From Prorocentrum cordatum (taxonomy: Eukaryota): DNA of 64,000 nt. Positions within the stretch are counted from its first letter, which is position 1. Each line of letters begins with the position of its first letter. Shown in pieces: positions 1 through 13,429 of this stretch. The position numbers and the translations under genes were made by a program. Under the pieces are notes generated by a model that did not search any database, had not been told where the DNA came from, and saw only the letters and a program-made list of their open reading frames with translations. The stretch is taken from NCBI GenBank assembly GCA_963575745.1, contig CAUYUJ010000270.1, positions 496,001 to 560,000 on the forward strand. Direction: 5' to 3'.

Positions 1-350
1 CCTCTTATGCAATGGCCACCCAGTTGGCGTGTCAAGCATCGCGCGCCGCCTGGCTGTCCGTCTGTCCGTCCGTCTGCCTTTTTTCCCCGGCTGCCTGAGC
101 CGCGGTGCTTGGAGCTTCCTAGCTGTGGGACGCGTCGTCCACCGCCATTGTCGTTGTCGCCGGCATCCGAATCAGTGGCCCTGACGAAAAGGCGGCAGCG
201 GCAAAGGCAATGCCGATGCGAGCCCAGAGTATATAGCAAAATGATCCCGGCAAAGCAACCTAACAGCGATGTGTAGAAGCATATCTGGAAGCATTCGCCT
301 TAAGATTTAGGTCAGAATCCAGTTGTACAATTCTGCTGTTCTCGCAGTCG

Positions 351-1278
351 CAGCCTCAGCCTGCCTCGGCTTGCCTCGGCCTCAGCCTCAGCCTGCCTCG
401 GCCTCAGCCTCAGCCTCAGCCTCAGCGTCAGCCTCTCAGCCTCAGCCTGCCTCAGCCTCAGCCTGCATCAGCCTCAGCCTCAGCCTGCCTCAGCCGCAGC
501 CAGCAGCTTGCCTCAGCCTCAGCAGCCTCAGCCTCAGCCTCAGCCTGCCTCTCAGCCTCAGCCTCAGCCTGCCTCAGCCTCAGCCTGCCTCAGCCTCAGC
601 CTCAGCCTGCCTCAGCCTCAGCCTGCATCAGCCTCAGCCTCAGCCTGCCTCAGCCGCAGCTTGCCTCAGCCTCTCAGCCTCAGCCTCAGCCTGCCTCAGA
701 TTCAGCCTCAGCCTCAGCCTGCCTCGGCTTGCCTCAGCCTCAGCCTCAGCCTGCCTCGGCCTCAGCCTCAGCCTGCCACAGCCTCAGCGTCAGCCTCTCA
801 GCCTCAGCCTGCATTAGCCACAGCCTCAGCCTGCCTCAGCCTCAGCCTCAGCCTCAGCCGCAACTTGCCTCAGCCTCAGCCACAGCCTCAGCCTGCCTCA
901 GCTTCAGCCTCAGACTCAGCCTGCCTGGGCTTGCCTCGGCCTCAGCCTCAGCCTGCCTCGGCCTCAGCCTCAGCCTCAGCCTGCCTCAACTTCAACCTCA
1001 GCCTGCCTCAGCCTCAGCCTGCATCAGCCTCAGCCTCAGCCTGCCTCAGCCGCAGCTTGCCTCAGCCTCAGCCACAGCCACAGCCACAGCCTCAGCCTGC
1101 CTCAGCTTCAGCCTCAGCTTCAGCCTGCCTCGGCTTGCCTCAGCCTCAGCCTCAGCCTGCCCCGGCCTCAGCGTCAGCCTCTTAGCCTCAGCCTGCATCA
1201 GCCTCAGCCTCAGCCTCAGCCTGCCTCAGGCTCAGTCTCAGCCTGCCTCAGCCTCAGCCTGCCTCAGCCTCAGCCTCA
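351..1278. repeat. (CTCAGC)n / (CTGC) compound microsatellite array
   Basis: Directly visible tandem CTCAGC units interspersed with CTGC. Confidence 0.97.
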
Positions 1279-1640
1279 CAGTTGGCTCCGGGGCATCAAC
1301 ATGTAGCCTGGGAGTGGTGTTCTGGGAACACGTAGAACACGAAGTGGCCTACAGCTGGCTCCGGGCATTCAAAATGTGGCCCGGGAATGATGTTCTGGGA
1401 ACGCGAAGAACACGAAGTGGCCTACAGTTGGCTCCGGGCATTCAAAATGTGGCCCGGGAATGGTGTTCTGGGAACACGAAGAACACGAAGTGGCCTACAG
1501 ATGGCTCCGGGCATTGAAAATGTGGCGCGGGAGTGGCGTTCTGGGAGCACGAAGAACACGAAGTGGCCTACAGTTGGCTCCGGGCATTTAAAATCATGCC
1601 CAGGAGCGGAGTTCTGGGAACTTGAAGACCACGAAGTGCG
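1278..1640. repeat. 73-bp tandem satellite, ~5 units
   Basis: gaagtggcctacag recurs at 1341, 1414, 1487 and 1560 (period 73). Confidence 0.95.
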
Positions 1641-2582
1641 TGACTGTTTGATTAAAACGAATTCCCCGGCATCCCCCCGGCATCCTCCCCCGGATCACGC
1701 CCAGACCTCCCTGGGGCGTCATGATGCTCTCTTTTGACCCTACTAGAACCCTATCAGTTTTCGCTGTTAGGTAAAAAGGGTTTCAACCAGAGTTGCGTGA
1801 CTGCTGATCAGGGGGGGTTGTGCTCAGGGGAAGCTGCAGCAACCCTCATCGATCTGCTGTTAAACCGAACATGCAGGGTGGGTCCGTTCCCTAATCTTTT
1901 ATTCGGCAAAGATTGCGCACGCGCGCCTCGTATTTGTCATGTTGTCGGCGTCGTCGTCGCCTTGGTCATGGTACGTGTTGCTCTGTTCGGGACTTCCTCC
2001 CTTGTGCAATGACCACCCACTTGGCGTGCCAGGCATTGCGCGCCGCCTGGCTGTTCATCCGCCCGTCCGTCTGTGATCTTGCCGCCGCTCGGAGCCGCGG
2101 CGCATAAAACTTCTCAGCGTTGGGACGCGTCGTCCACCGCCACTGTCGCTGCCGCCGTCATCTGGATCTGTGGCCCTGACGACGGGTCGGCGGCGGCAAT
2201 GGCAATGCCGAAACGAGCCCAAAATATAGCAAAACATCATCCCGGCAAAGCAACCTAACAACGATGTGTAGAAGCATAGCTGGAAACATTGCCTGTGGTA
2301 TTCATGTAAGAGTGCTGTTGTAGAATTCTAGTGGTCTCGCAGTCGAATTCGGATTCGCAGTGGCAGTCGCAGTGGCAACATCAGCGGCAGTCGCAGTGGC
2401 ACTGCCAGTAGTTGCAGTAGCAATAGCTACACTAGCAGCAGCAACAGCAGCAGCAGCAGTAATAGTAACAGTAGTAGTAGCAGTAGAAGTAGTAGTGATG
2501 GTAGTAGTGGTAACAGTGAAGTAGTAGTTGTAGTGTGTGGAGTGAACGAGTAGGAGTGATGGGAGCAGTGGTAGTAGCAGTA

Positions 2583-2765
2583 GAAACACTGCTTTCGATA
2601 ACGGTATCTCCAAATGAGATCTTTGTATAAATGCATTGAGGTCTAAACAAGACACTGCTATCAACGGATGTGATTCCAAACGAGACACTGCTATCAACGG
2701 GTTGAGCCTCAAACGACACACTTGCATCAATGAGTGTAGCTCCAAAACAGGCACTCCCATGAATG
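2583..2765. repeat. Diverged ~33-bp minisatellite, ~5 units
   Basis: aaac(a/g)agacactgctatcaacgg at ~2645 and ~2678, plus degenerate neighbours. Confidence 0.75.
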
Positions 2766-2781
2766 GATTTAGTGTGATGTC

Positions 2782-3163
<382 letters not shown>

Positions 3164-5186
3164 GGGCACGGACCCGTAAGACCTGAGTCTCCACCGGGGT
3201 GTTCGGCGAAGCCATTGATGATGATGATGTGATGATTGAGGAGAATGATGGGGTGATGACCGCGCTACTTGGATTTGTTCTGTCCGTCTTTCTCGGCCTC
3301 CAACCAAATCTTGGAAGACATCTCGCAAACGGAAGAGGAGCGCACTGAGGAGGGGCGTGTGAAGCGGACAGTCGGCAAAACTTGCAGGCTGACAAGCACC
3401 GCAGAAACTCGGAAGCTGAGTCTTGGAAGTTTGGGAAGTGGAAAAGCACGAAGTGGCGTACAGTTGGCTCCGGGCATTCAAAATGTGGCCCGGAAGTTGA
3501 ATTCTGGGAAATGGAAGAGCACGAAGTGGCCTACAGTTGGCTCCGGGCATCCAAAATGTTGCCCGGGAATAATGTTCTGGGAAGTCCAAGAGCACGAAGT
3601 GGCCTACAGTTGGCTCCGGGCATTCAAAATGTGGCCCGGGAATGGAGTTCTGGGAGGTCGAAGAGCACGAAGTGGCCTACGGTTGGCTCCGGGCATTCAA
3701 AATGTGGCCCGGGAATGGAGTTCTGGGAGGTCGAAGAGCACGAAGTGGCCTAAAAATTGGCTCCGGGCGTTCAAAATGTGGCCCGGGAATGGAATTCTGG
3801 GAGGTCGAAGAGCACGAAGTGTGTGCTGTTTGCTTAAAACGAGCCCGGCCCTGAGCCCGGCCCTCGCTGTCCGGATGCCGCCCAGACCTCCCTTCTGAGT
3901 CATCAGATGCTCTCTTTTGACACCACTGGAAACCTATCAGTCTTCGCTGTTAGGTAATGAGGGCGCGAAGCCGACTTGTCTGGCTGGAGGGGGGCTCGTG
4001 CTCAAGGGTGACTGCAACACCGCTCAACGATGTACGTGTTAACCGAACTTGAAGGGCGGACCCTTTCCCTGACCCGTGCTTCGGTGCAGATCGTCTGCGC
4101 GCCTCGTCTTTGTCGTTGTTGGCGTCGTCGTGGTCGTTGCTCTGCTCGGGGGTTCTTCCCTTGTGCAGTGACCTCCCATTTGGAGTGGCATGCATTGCGC
4201 GCCGCCTGGCTGTCGGTCGGTCCGTCCGTGTGTCTTTTCGACACGCTGTCTGAGCCGCGGTGCTTCGAATTTCTTAACTCTGGGACGCGTCGGCCTCCGC
4301 CACAATCGCTGCCGCCGTCACCCAAGCCAGTGGCCCTGACGAAGAGGCGAATGGCGGCACTGACCGTGCCGAAACGAGCCCAGGGTCCAGCAAGACATGA
4401 GGGTGCAAAGCCGACTTGCCTGGCTGATGGTCAGGGGGGTTGTGCTCAGGGGGAGCTGCAGCACCGCTCAACGATCTGCTGTTTAACAGAACATGCAGCG
4501 TGGGCCCTTCCCCTAATCCGTGCGTCGTGCGGATCGTCTGCACGCCTCGTCTTCGCCCGTCGTTGTCAGCGTCGTCGTGGTCGTGGCGCGTGTTGTTCGA
4601 GACTTGTTTCCCTTATGCCGTGACCATCACCACCATCTCCTGTCTCCTCGTCGTCGTCCTCGTCGTCGTCATCTCCCGCGAGCCCTCTTTCTCCCTCATT
4701 CCGCCCGTCTCACATCATCGATCCTCCTTCTCCTCGTCCTCCTCGTGCTTGTCATCTTTATCCTGCCCCTCCTTCTTACATTTCTCGTTCCCCAATTTCT
4801 TATCCAGCCTTCATATTCTAGTGTTTCTCCTCCTCTTCCTCACCCTTACCCTCAACATCAACACCATCATCCCCATCATCACCACCATCATTCAATCACC
4901 ACCATCATATCAAGCATAACACTAAGAATCATCCTCCCTCCTCCACCCTCTCCTCCAGAAAGCATCTTCATCGTTCCTTCACGTATACCTCTCGTCCATC
5001 CCCACTGCAGCAATGGAAAGAGAGAGTGAGAGAGAGGAGACCAATGAGAGGATGTCGGGGAGGAAGCAATGGCGAAACACGGGGAGCATGAGGAAGAAAA
5101 GAAAGCGACAAATGAGAAACAAGAGAAAACGAAAGGGGAGGAGAAGGGTACAGCGGAGTGGAAGACGAATGCTAGTAAGCATGGAA

Positions 5187-5925
5187 TTCCGCCGACCCTG
5201 TCAGTGTGCGTTTGTGTTTTTTGTTTGTGTTTGTGTCTGTGTTTGTGTTTGTGTGTGCTTGTGTGTTGTGCGTGCGTGTGTGAAACGTTTCTCCGTTTGG
5301 GTCGTCGTCGTCGTCGCCGTCGCCGCTTCCCCTTTTCTCTGGGCGTTCCCCCTCAAGCGATCTAGCCAAACGGAAATCAAACAACATCGTAATTGATTCG
5401 GAAGGAAACCCTTTCCCTTTGACCCCTTCCCTGTCAGGGGGGCGGATGGTAGAGAGTGGGTGTCCCCCGGAAGGGGGGGGATCCTGGGGGGGTCACATGA
5501 AGGGTCCCGGGGGTGTCCCCGGGGTCGTGACCCCCCAGAACCCCTGTGGAGAAGGGGTAAGGGGGGTGGTCTCCCTGTGGACAAGGAGGCTGAGGACCCC
5601 TCCCCCCGCCATTCCCTTGTGGACGAAGGGACCGCCACGACCCCGCTTTTCTCCCGGACACCCACCCCCTGGAGGCAACTACCCTCCTCATTCGTATCTG
5701 CGCATTTTCCCACAGGCCTCCACGAGGCCTTAGATCCGCTGCGACGCGGCACCATGTGACCGCGTGGCTTCCCAAAAAGTCCCCGAAAGGCCCCTCAACA
5801 GAGCCGCAAAGACTCCCAAGAGAGCCTCAAAAAGGGCTCCAGAACGTCAACGTCGTCGTCGTCGCCGCCGCCGTCCACCATCGTCCCCATCCGGGGTCGG
5901 CGGCACTGGCCGCAAGGCCTTCCAA
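5187..5925 (+). mobile_element. Non-autonomous family 2, copy 1 (subTIR plus 3' hairpin, Helitron2/Helentron-like)
   Basis: aa|TTCCGCCGACCCTG ... CGGGGTCGGCGG-cact-GGCC-gcaa-GGCC-ttccaa; the internal block gaagg-aa-ccc-ttccctttga-cccttccc is shared with 52771-53769 and 55107-56348. Confidence 0.7.
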
Positions 5926-6530
5926 AGAAGAAGAAGAAGACATGCAAGGCATGAACTATTGACATACATAGTGATAGGTCAAACTAGCCGGCCGCTCTGC
6001 GGTTGATCGGGGGTTTCGTTATATAGACGAGGGGCGTGCGCTTCTCGGCGAGAAGAAAATGATTGATATGAGAATGAGCGTGAGGATCAGGCAGGCGATG
6101 CTCGCGAGGGTGAGGATCAGAGTGGGGGTCACGCGGGTGATGATCATGCGGGCGTGGAGCAGGAGGGTGAGGTTATGGAAAAGGATGGCCAGGAAAGCGA
6201 AGATGGCGAGAATGAAGAACGGGAGGGTGAGGATCGGGCGGGCGTGGAGCAGGAGAGGGGGACCAGCAGAGGAAAACGAGAATCAGTAGAGTGAGGATCA
6301 CGAGAAGAGGGAAGATAAGGAGACTGAGACAGAGGAGGGCGAGGAGCTGGGTCGTGAAGCAGGAGGGTAAGGGTGAGGAGAGCGAGAATCAAGAGAGTGA
6401 GGAAGACAGTCAACAGCACTCCCAACTCGATGCCTACGGGGGTCGACTTTGGCGGGTTCTCGCGAGCGAGAGCCACAGACTGGGACACGCCCCGTGCGCG
6501 CTGGCAGATCCGGTTGCCGGAAATGGTCCC

Positions 6531-6801
6531 TGAGTTTGACAGGGGTTAGGAGGCCCAACCAGCAGCTTCGCCTAAGGCGAAGCCCATATCCAACTCTGCT
6601 GCGCCGTGGTCCCGAAAATCCCAGAAGTAGGAGATCGTCGCGGGAGCGACGGGCCATGTCGAACGAATCTGTTTTCGGTCTCAACGGCAAGTGGTGTGCC
6701 TCGCGATGAGGCGCAATCATTGGCGGTCGGCCGCTTGACTACAAACGGCCACGGACACACCCTCACTATCTCTCGCCTTTGCCCCAGCTCCCTTTAGAGT
6801 C
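6531..6801 (-). repeat. Putative 3' LTR
   Basis: Aligns by eye (roughly 80% identity) with 24183-24453, including the identical core tcccagaagtaggagatcgtcgcgggagcgacgggccatgtc; ends ...CA on the minus strand. Confidence 0.7.
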
Positions 6802-6862
6802 GGGGGGGAGGAGACGAAGCGTGACTCCGCCGCCCGCTATACAGTAAACACTATATACACAA

Positions 6863-8952
6863 TTATCCCGACAAAGCAACCTAACAGCGATGTGTAGAAG
6901 CATATCTGGAAGCATTCCCCTTAAGATTCAGATGATAATCCAGTTGTAGAATTCTGCTGTTCTCGTAGTCGCAGTCGCATTCGCGATGACAGTCGCAGTG
7001 ACAACGGCAGTCGCAGTCACAGCCTCAGCCTCAGCCTGCCTCAGCCTCAGCCTCAGCCTCAGCCTCAACAGCCTCAGCCTCAGCCTCAGCCTCAGCCTCA
7101 GCCTGCCTCAGCCTCAGCCTCAGCCTCAGCCTGCCTCAGCCTCAGCCTCAGCCTCAGCCTCAGCCTGCCTCAGCCTCAGCCTCAGCCCTCAGCCTCAGCT
7201 CAGCCTCAGCCTCAGCCTGCCTCAGCCTGCCTCAGCCTCAGCCTCAGCCTGCCTCAGCCTCAGCCTCAGCCTGCTTCAGCCTCAGCCTCAGTCTGCCTTC
7301 AGCCTCGGCCTCAGCCTCAGCCTGCCTCAGCCTCAGCCTGCATCAGCCTCAGCCTCAGCCTCAGCCTGCCTCAGCATCAGCCTTCAGCCTCAGCCTCAGC
7401 CTGCCTCAGCCTCAGCCTCAGCCTGCTTCAGCCTCAGCCTCAGTCTGCCTTCAGCCTCGGCCTCAGCCTCAGCCTGCCTCAGCCTCAGCCTGCATCAGCC
7501 TCAGCCTCAGCCTCAGCCTGCCTCAGCATCAGCCTGCCTCAGCCTCAGCCTCAGCCTGCCTGAGCCTCAGCCTCAGCCTCAGCCAGCCTCAGCCTCAGTC
7601 TGCCTTCAGCCTCAGCCTCAGCCTCAGCCTGCCTCAGCCTCAGCCTCAGTCTGCCTTCAGCCTCGGCCTCAGCCTCAGCCTGCCTCAGCCTCAGCCTCAG
7701 CCTGCCGCAGCATCAGCATGCCTGAGCCTCAGCCTGCCTCAGCCTCAGCCTCAGCCTGCCTCAGCCTTAGCCTCAGCCTGCCTCAGCCTCAGCCTCAGCC
7801 TGCTTCAGCATCAGCCTGCCTCAGCCTCAGCCTCAGTCTGCCTCAGCCTCAGCCTCAGCCTGCTTCAGCCTCAGCCTCAGCCTCAGCGTCGGCCTCAGCC
7901 TCAGCCTGCCTCAGCCTCAGCATGCCTCAGCGTCAGCCTCAGCCTCAGCCTCAGTCTCAACCTGCCTCAGCATCAGCCTGCCTCAGCCTCAGCCTCAGCC
8001 TGCCTCAGACTCAGCCTCAGCCTGCTTCAGCCTCGGCCTCAGCCTCAGTCTGCCTTCAGCCTCAGCCCAGCCTCAGTCTGCCTCAGCCTCAGCCTGCATC
8101 AGCCTCAGCCTCAGCCTCAGCCTGCCTCAGCCTCAGCCTGCCTGAGCCTCAGCCTCAGCCTCAGTCAGCCTCAGCCTCAGTCTGCTTCAGCCTCAGCCTC
8201 AGTCTGCCTTCAGCCTCTGCCTCAGCCTCAGCCTGCCTCAGCCTCAGCCTCAGCCTGCATCAGCATTCAAAATGTGGGCCGGGATGGGAATTTTGGAAAC
8301 TCGAAGAACACGAAGTGGCCTACAGTTGGCTCTGGGCATTCAAAATCATACCCAGGAATGGAGTTCTGGGAACTCGAAGACCACGAAGTGGCCTACAGTT
8401 GGCTCCGGGCATTCAAAATCATGCCCACAAGTGGAGTTCTGGGAAGTCGAAGAGCACGAAGTGGCCTACAGTTGGCTTCGGGCATCAAAAATGTGGCCCG
8501 GGAATGAAGTTCTGGGAAGTCGTAGAGCACGAAGTGGCCTACAGTTGGCTCTGGGCATCCAAAATGTTGCCCGGGAGTGAAGATCTGGGAACTGGAAGAA
8601 CACGAAGTGGCTTACAGTTGGCTCCGAGCATCCAAAATGTGGCCCGGGAATGGAATTCTGGGAAGCCGAAGAGCACGAAGTGGCTTACAGTTGGCTCCGA
8701 GCATCCAAAAGGTGGCCCGGGAATGGAGTTCTGGGAAGTCGTAGAGCACGAAGTGGCCTACAGTTGGCTCCGGGCATTCAAAATGTGGCCCGGGAGTGGA
8801 GTTCTGGGAGGTCGAAGAGCACGAAGTGTGGGACTGAGCCCGGCCCTGAACCCGGCCCTCGCTGTCCGGATGCCGCCTAGACCTCCCTTCTGAGTCATCA
8901 GATGCTCTCTTTTGACACCATTAGAAACCTATCAATCTTCGCTGTTAGGTAA
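6863..8952. mobile_element. Family 1, copy 3 ((CTCAGC)n 7019-8262; 73-bp satellite 8262-8828, ~8 units), nested in the copia 3' region
   Basis: TTATCCCGACAAAGCAACCTAACAGCGA ... TCGCTGTTAGGTAA. Confidence 0.8.
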
Positions 8953-9139
8953 AAAAGGCAGCAACAGGCGGGTTCAAAAGGAAGGTTGACCCACACGCAA
9001 GTGCCCTTTGCACGCAAGTTGCCTTGCGAGCAGATCGCCCTGCAGGCAAGTATTCCTCAGGCGGCCTCAGACGATGTTGTCTGGCCAGCCCAGCACGGAC
9101 TATGAGGTTTTACATCGTGCTTGAAGGATCGCGTTCCTC

Positions 9140-9700
9140 CCATGACCTGTAAAAGCAAATATATGTAACTGATTCCTTTGCGGTGGCCGTCCACAGTCAT
9201 GTCGCGAGTGTCGCACCGCTGTATACGATGCACGACACCTCGTTCCATTATCTGTCGTATCCAACTGATGTGTCCCAAAAGACTACACTCGGTCGGATTA
9301 TCAGGTTTTGACTTGACAAGGACGTGAAGTCAGATTCCACATCTGTGGTCAAAGTGACATTAATCCTTAATGCTCAGGCCGCCCATCTCCAGTAGATCCT
9401 TCAACTGAGTGGCTGCCAGCGGCCCTGCGTGGAATTCGTGCAGGGTGACGATCGTGAGATAGCAGTCCTCCAAGTTGTGGGCTGCTGCTAAGTGTTTCTG
9501 CTGAGTAGCTCGAGCGGACCTGCAAGCGGTGAGACTCGCAGGACGCATCGATAAGATGGACGACAGGCGCACCAGCAGGCGTGTTTCCATAGCCTTTGAC
9601 CTCGTCATCAGCAGCTCCATTCAGGCGTCGATAGCCGGAGTCGCTGCGCAGGTCGACCTCGCCCGTTGGAGTCATCGGTCGGCAGATGCTCTTCTTAGGG
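9140..9700 (-). pseudogene. Copia-type RNase H, frameshifted
   Basis: Motifs SDSGY, VVHLIDASCESHRLQVRSSYSAET(L)AA, GHISWIRQIMERGVV..IQRCDTRDMTVDGHRKG (cf. copia S...E..A and M.AD.LTK). Confidence 0.8.
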
Positions 9701-9799
9701 CAGGCCTGCAACTTCCTGGTAATCGCGCTCAGTCGTCGCACCTGTCTGTCGGTCGGTTCTTGGACACGTTGTAGGAGAACAACATATACCATCAAACAC

Positions 9800-10650
9800 G
9801 CCTGCGTGACTAATCCGCAAGCCAACGCGCCTCTGAGGCTGACAAACACGTCAGTGACTAGATTGGATGCCTTGGCGTCTGCGTCTGCGCCAGTGAATTC
9901 AGGATGTTGTATTGGGCGGGGCTGTTTTATGTACTCGTCTTGACCAAGTGCAACGTTGCCATCTCCATCCCCTTGCATAGCTCACAGCACAACTTGTATA
10001 TGTATGTCTGTTGAATTTACATGCGCCAAATGCATCCTCAACGCGATTAACGCACCTGTCGACGGTGCAATCGGTGCCGGCCGAATGAATATCATCAACG
10101 CGCTTGGCTGCGAGAAGGTTGTTGCTTGTCTCGAACTCCTCGTCGTAAGACGTGGTCGCCCTGAGCTTCAGTGGGAACGTTCTAGGCGCATCCTTGGCGC
10201 CGGTACCTGGCTCGAGGCACTGCAAGCAGTGCTTCGACTCATCATCGCAGCGCTCGAATCCTGGGGGGGGGGGGGGGTCGAAGCGCGGGCGCTGATCCAG
10301 GCGGCAGCGCAAAGCACGCCGCGCTATCCTTTTTCACTGGTTGCTTCAGCCAGTTCCTGACTGGTCAGTCCCTTCAGGGAAGCCTTGTTGTTGTCAAAAG
10401 AGGCAAAGATCCGTCGCCTCCTGCACGCTGCCGCGTTTGCGAGCAGTCTCTGACTTGATCGCCGAGCCGCGCCCGAGAAAGTTTCCACGCCGAAGGCTTC
10501 GAGGTCCGTTGTTTGACGCCTTTGATGCATCTGGCGCCTTGAAACATTTGTTGCCAGACAATGTCTTGAGCTCAGTGTAGAGGGCCTTAAATGCCTTGAC
10601 TGGATTCGCCTGAATGACGGCCTGCGCGAGGAGGTCGCCCTCCTTGACGA
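9800..10650 (-). pseudogene. Copia-type reverse transcriptase, frameshifted
   Basis: ETFSGAARRSSQRLL, ASFDNNKASLKG (D...AFL.G), GTGAKDAPRTF (YGL.DAPR.W), AAKRVDD (HVDD with CAC>CGC). Confidence 0.85.
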
Positions 10651-11599
10651 CCGCAGCTCGTTTGGCAGCAGCGGCCGCATATACTCGCATAGCGGTCGCA
10701 CGGTCGACGTCTAGCATCCCGTGTTGTTGTTCCGATAAGACTACCTTTGACATGTCTGTCGCAAAGCAAAGCTGTATATATTGACCTTTTTCGTCAGAGT
10801 CCAATCCGTGAGTATCGTCTTCGTCCGTGGAGCAATGGGACATGATATGCCTCCATAGTGTTGGAGTCGCGTGGATGGCCCCATGTAGGCAGGTGCACCC
10901 GCTGTTCGTCAGCCACAGTGACCAGCGCACTGTTGTCGGCGATCATCTGCGCGGGTACAGTGTAGAGGTCGTCTAATGAAGTTGTCTCCAGTAGTCCCTT
11001 TTCCTGATGTAGTTCTGAGTGCCCCACATCTATAATCTGCGCCTCAAGGTCCGCCTGCGGCTCCCCATAATTAGTGGGACGCCGTCCGCCCTCCCACGGT
11101 GGTTTGGCTTCTGGAACTTCTCTGGCGTCGTTGTTTTGCGTCGGTGCGTCTGCCAGCCCCTCGAACTTCGCCATGTCTTGGTCGAAGCCCGCTTGAGGTT
11201 TAGTGGACTTCTGGCATTGGATGATCCTCGAATGTGCTGATCCGGTTATATCATGTATATTTAGGGCAGTGCCTTCGGCTTCGTAATAGTGAAATCCTGG
11301 ATCCACGTCGTTGCCATTGTGCACCAGCGTACACCTGTCAGAATAAGCCACCCGGGGTACTCCGTGGACACTCTTAGCTTACCTGACAGAGACTACGGTC
11401 TCGATGCGAAAGAAGCTCCTGATGAGGCATTGGAGAACTAAGTACCTTAGGAGATAGTCGGCTCGCACTTGTCACATGAAGCGTTCGGTTTTTGGTCGGA
11501 GCGTAGCCGAGCGTCATGGCAGGTCACCCCACAAGTAGACTGGCTATAAGTGTCAACGCCGTCCGTAGTGCAGCGTCGTCTGCGCCAACCTCTCGGGCT

Positions 11600-12301
11600 G
11601 ACAAAGCTTCGATGCATCATGTCGTGCGTCGCCGTACTGGACTTGTACATCGCGGTTTCCCACTCGGGAATAACTTGGCCCCTGTCGGGGTCGTTCCGCG
11701 CGACCGGGAAAGGGCCGTTCCAGCCTCCCCAGTCATCCTTCGTAGTCGCGGGGCGATGATAGTCAACCGGATCTCCTTCATCATCGTTGTGATGACCCGT
11801 GATGGTGGTCATGGTCCGCAGTGCACGGATGGTTCTGACTACTGCAATGGCTTGTGTGATAGCCTCAATGCATGCCCGGCAGATCATCTGCCCCCGAGAG
11901 TGATCGGATGTTTCTGCATGCTGATCGTGGCCCAGAGCAGGCAGGTCGGGCAGCATCGCCGGTCGCCGTCCAAGCAGGGCGCTGCATGAAAACACCTCGA
12001 TGTAAACAAGTAAACGCACTGGCGGCAAATAAGGCTTCGTGCAGTAGTCGCGCGAACACAAGAGGGCTGTCTAACATTTTGTGTCCAGCCCCCATGACGT
12101 GAAGAAAGTGTCCTAATATGCCGTTTACGGCTTCAACTGTCGCAGCGCGTTGCCCACGCGCGCGTATTCTTAGCGTGGCGCCCTTTGCCTGAAAGGCTGC
12201 CTTTGCGGCGTCGTCGTTAAGAGCGCCCTCCCCGTCGGAGTAGACTACTTTGCCAGGTCCGAATTGTATCCAGAACTGGTGGTATGCATCTAAGATGCTG
12301 G

Positions 12302-12339
<38 letters not shown>

Positions 12340-12700
12340 GTATCTCGTTTCCAGTGGCAGATCGGATGCAACGACCAAAAATGTGAAATGGATTGTGTTC
12401 CTGTGTGTAGAACATTAAGCCGCATTCAACTTTTTCATTGAACTTGCAAGGCAGCGCAGTGGATGACATCACGGTGCGCCCTGGCTCGCCCCAAGCCCTG
12501 CACTCCCGACATGCGTCACAGACGCCCTCGACCAAGTGAAGCCTGACGTTCCCCAGACCAGCCTGGTTAAGATGAATCGCGTATTGGGCTCTTTGGCGTG
12601 GAACCACCGCAAGTGTAGCTTGCGCAACTCGCGTGTTGCCACGCTTGGGTCAAGGCTACGTGGGTTCTGTAGACAAATCTGTACATCCAACCTTGACCAG
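11600..12700 (-). pseudogene. Integrase (HHCC, DDE core, downstream SH3-like segment), interrupted by (TA)n at ~12305-12335
   Basis: ELRKLHLRWFH...VCDACREC; WIQFGPGKVVYSDGEGAL; RARGQRAATVE; GDPVDYHRP...GGWNGPFPV. Confidence 0.8.
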
Positions 12701-13429
12701 TCTGGCAGTCGTGGACGAGCAGCAGGGTCACCCGCAGGGTGGTGGTGGAAGTGGATCTCCTCCTTGCTGCCGACCTCGCGTGGCTCTGATATGTGGCAGC
12801 GGTCTGCGGCCGTCCGAGCTGCCCGCCCCCCTCGAGGCAGGTTGCCCTGCAGCTGGTTCAGCAGCATGTCTGCCTACTATAGTGTCGTGGCTGCTGGCGC
12901 CTGCCGTAAGTCCAGCTCTCGAGCCGGGTCTCGGCGATCGTAGCCGTGCAGGTGGAGCGGATGGCGCCTCGGGCGCGGCTGCCGCCGCAGGTGGTTGCGC
13001 TGCCGGCTCGGCAGGAACAAGAAGTTCCTGTCCGTGGTTGTCGGGCAGTTTCCACGACTTGGTAAACTTGCACATGCCCGGCGTAAGTGAGTGACCAGGT
13101 TCAACCTGGCCGTAGTTCTTCTTGCAGCTTTGACGCTCACAGCGGTAATCCTCCTTGTCGTACCACCCACAGTGTTTGGGGCCCCTGTTATGTGAAGGGG
13201 GATGCATGATGGCGCTGTCTGCACATGCAGGACACCCCCATCTTCCCGAGGGTGGCCCCATCATCGAACCGTTGGGGGTGCCGAGGGATAGCTGGGCTAT
13301 CCAAGTCGGATTCTCGCATGTTGGGGACGAGAAGAGAAGATTAATGATGATGATCATGGAAGGGATCACGATTCACTAGCAACAGATCGCGTGCAATTTG
13401 AACTGCGTCGAGGAAGAGGGACTACATCT

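Larger units (their letters stand above)
242..1774. mobile_element. Non-autonomous element family 1, copy 1 (Helitron2/Helentron-like), carrying (CTCAGC)n and a 73-bp satellite
   Basis: Left end TGATCCCGGCAAAGCA-ACCTAACAGCGA; right end TCGCTGTTAGGT-AA (12-bp asymmetric inverted repeat); the same ends occur in four copies. Confidence 0.75.

Noticed and set aside
323..1517. Long Pro-Gln/Ala-Ser/Ser-Leu ORFs (also 6986-8893 and 46454-49285)
   Set aside because: Translations of the stop-free CTCAGC repeat, open in several frames; no evidence of genes.
1278..1640. 73-bp array as a CRISPR array or tRNA cluster
   Set aside because: Units are contiguous with no unique spacers and no cas genes are present. 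Despite tRNA-like length and a GTGGCC..AGTTGG string, I find no cloverleaf or T-loop.
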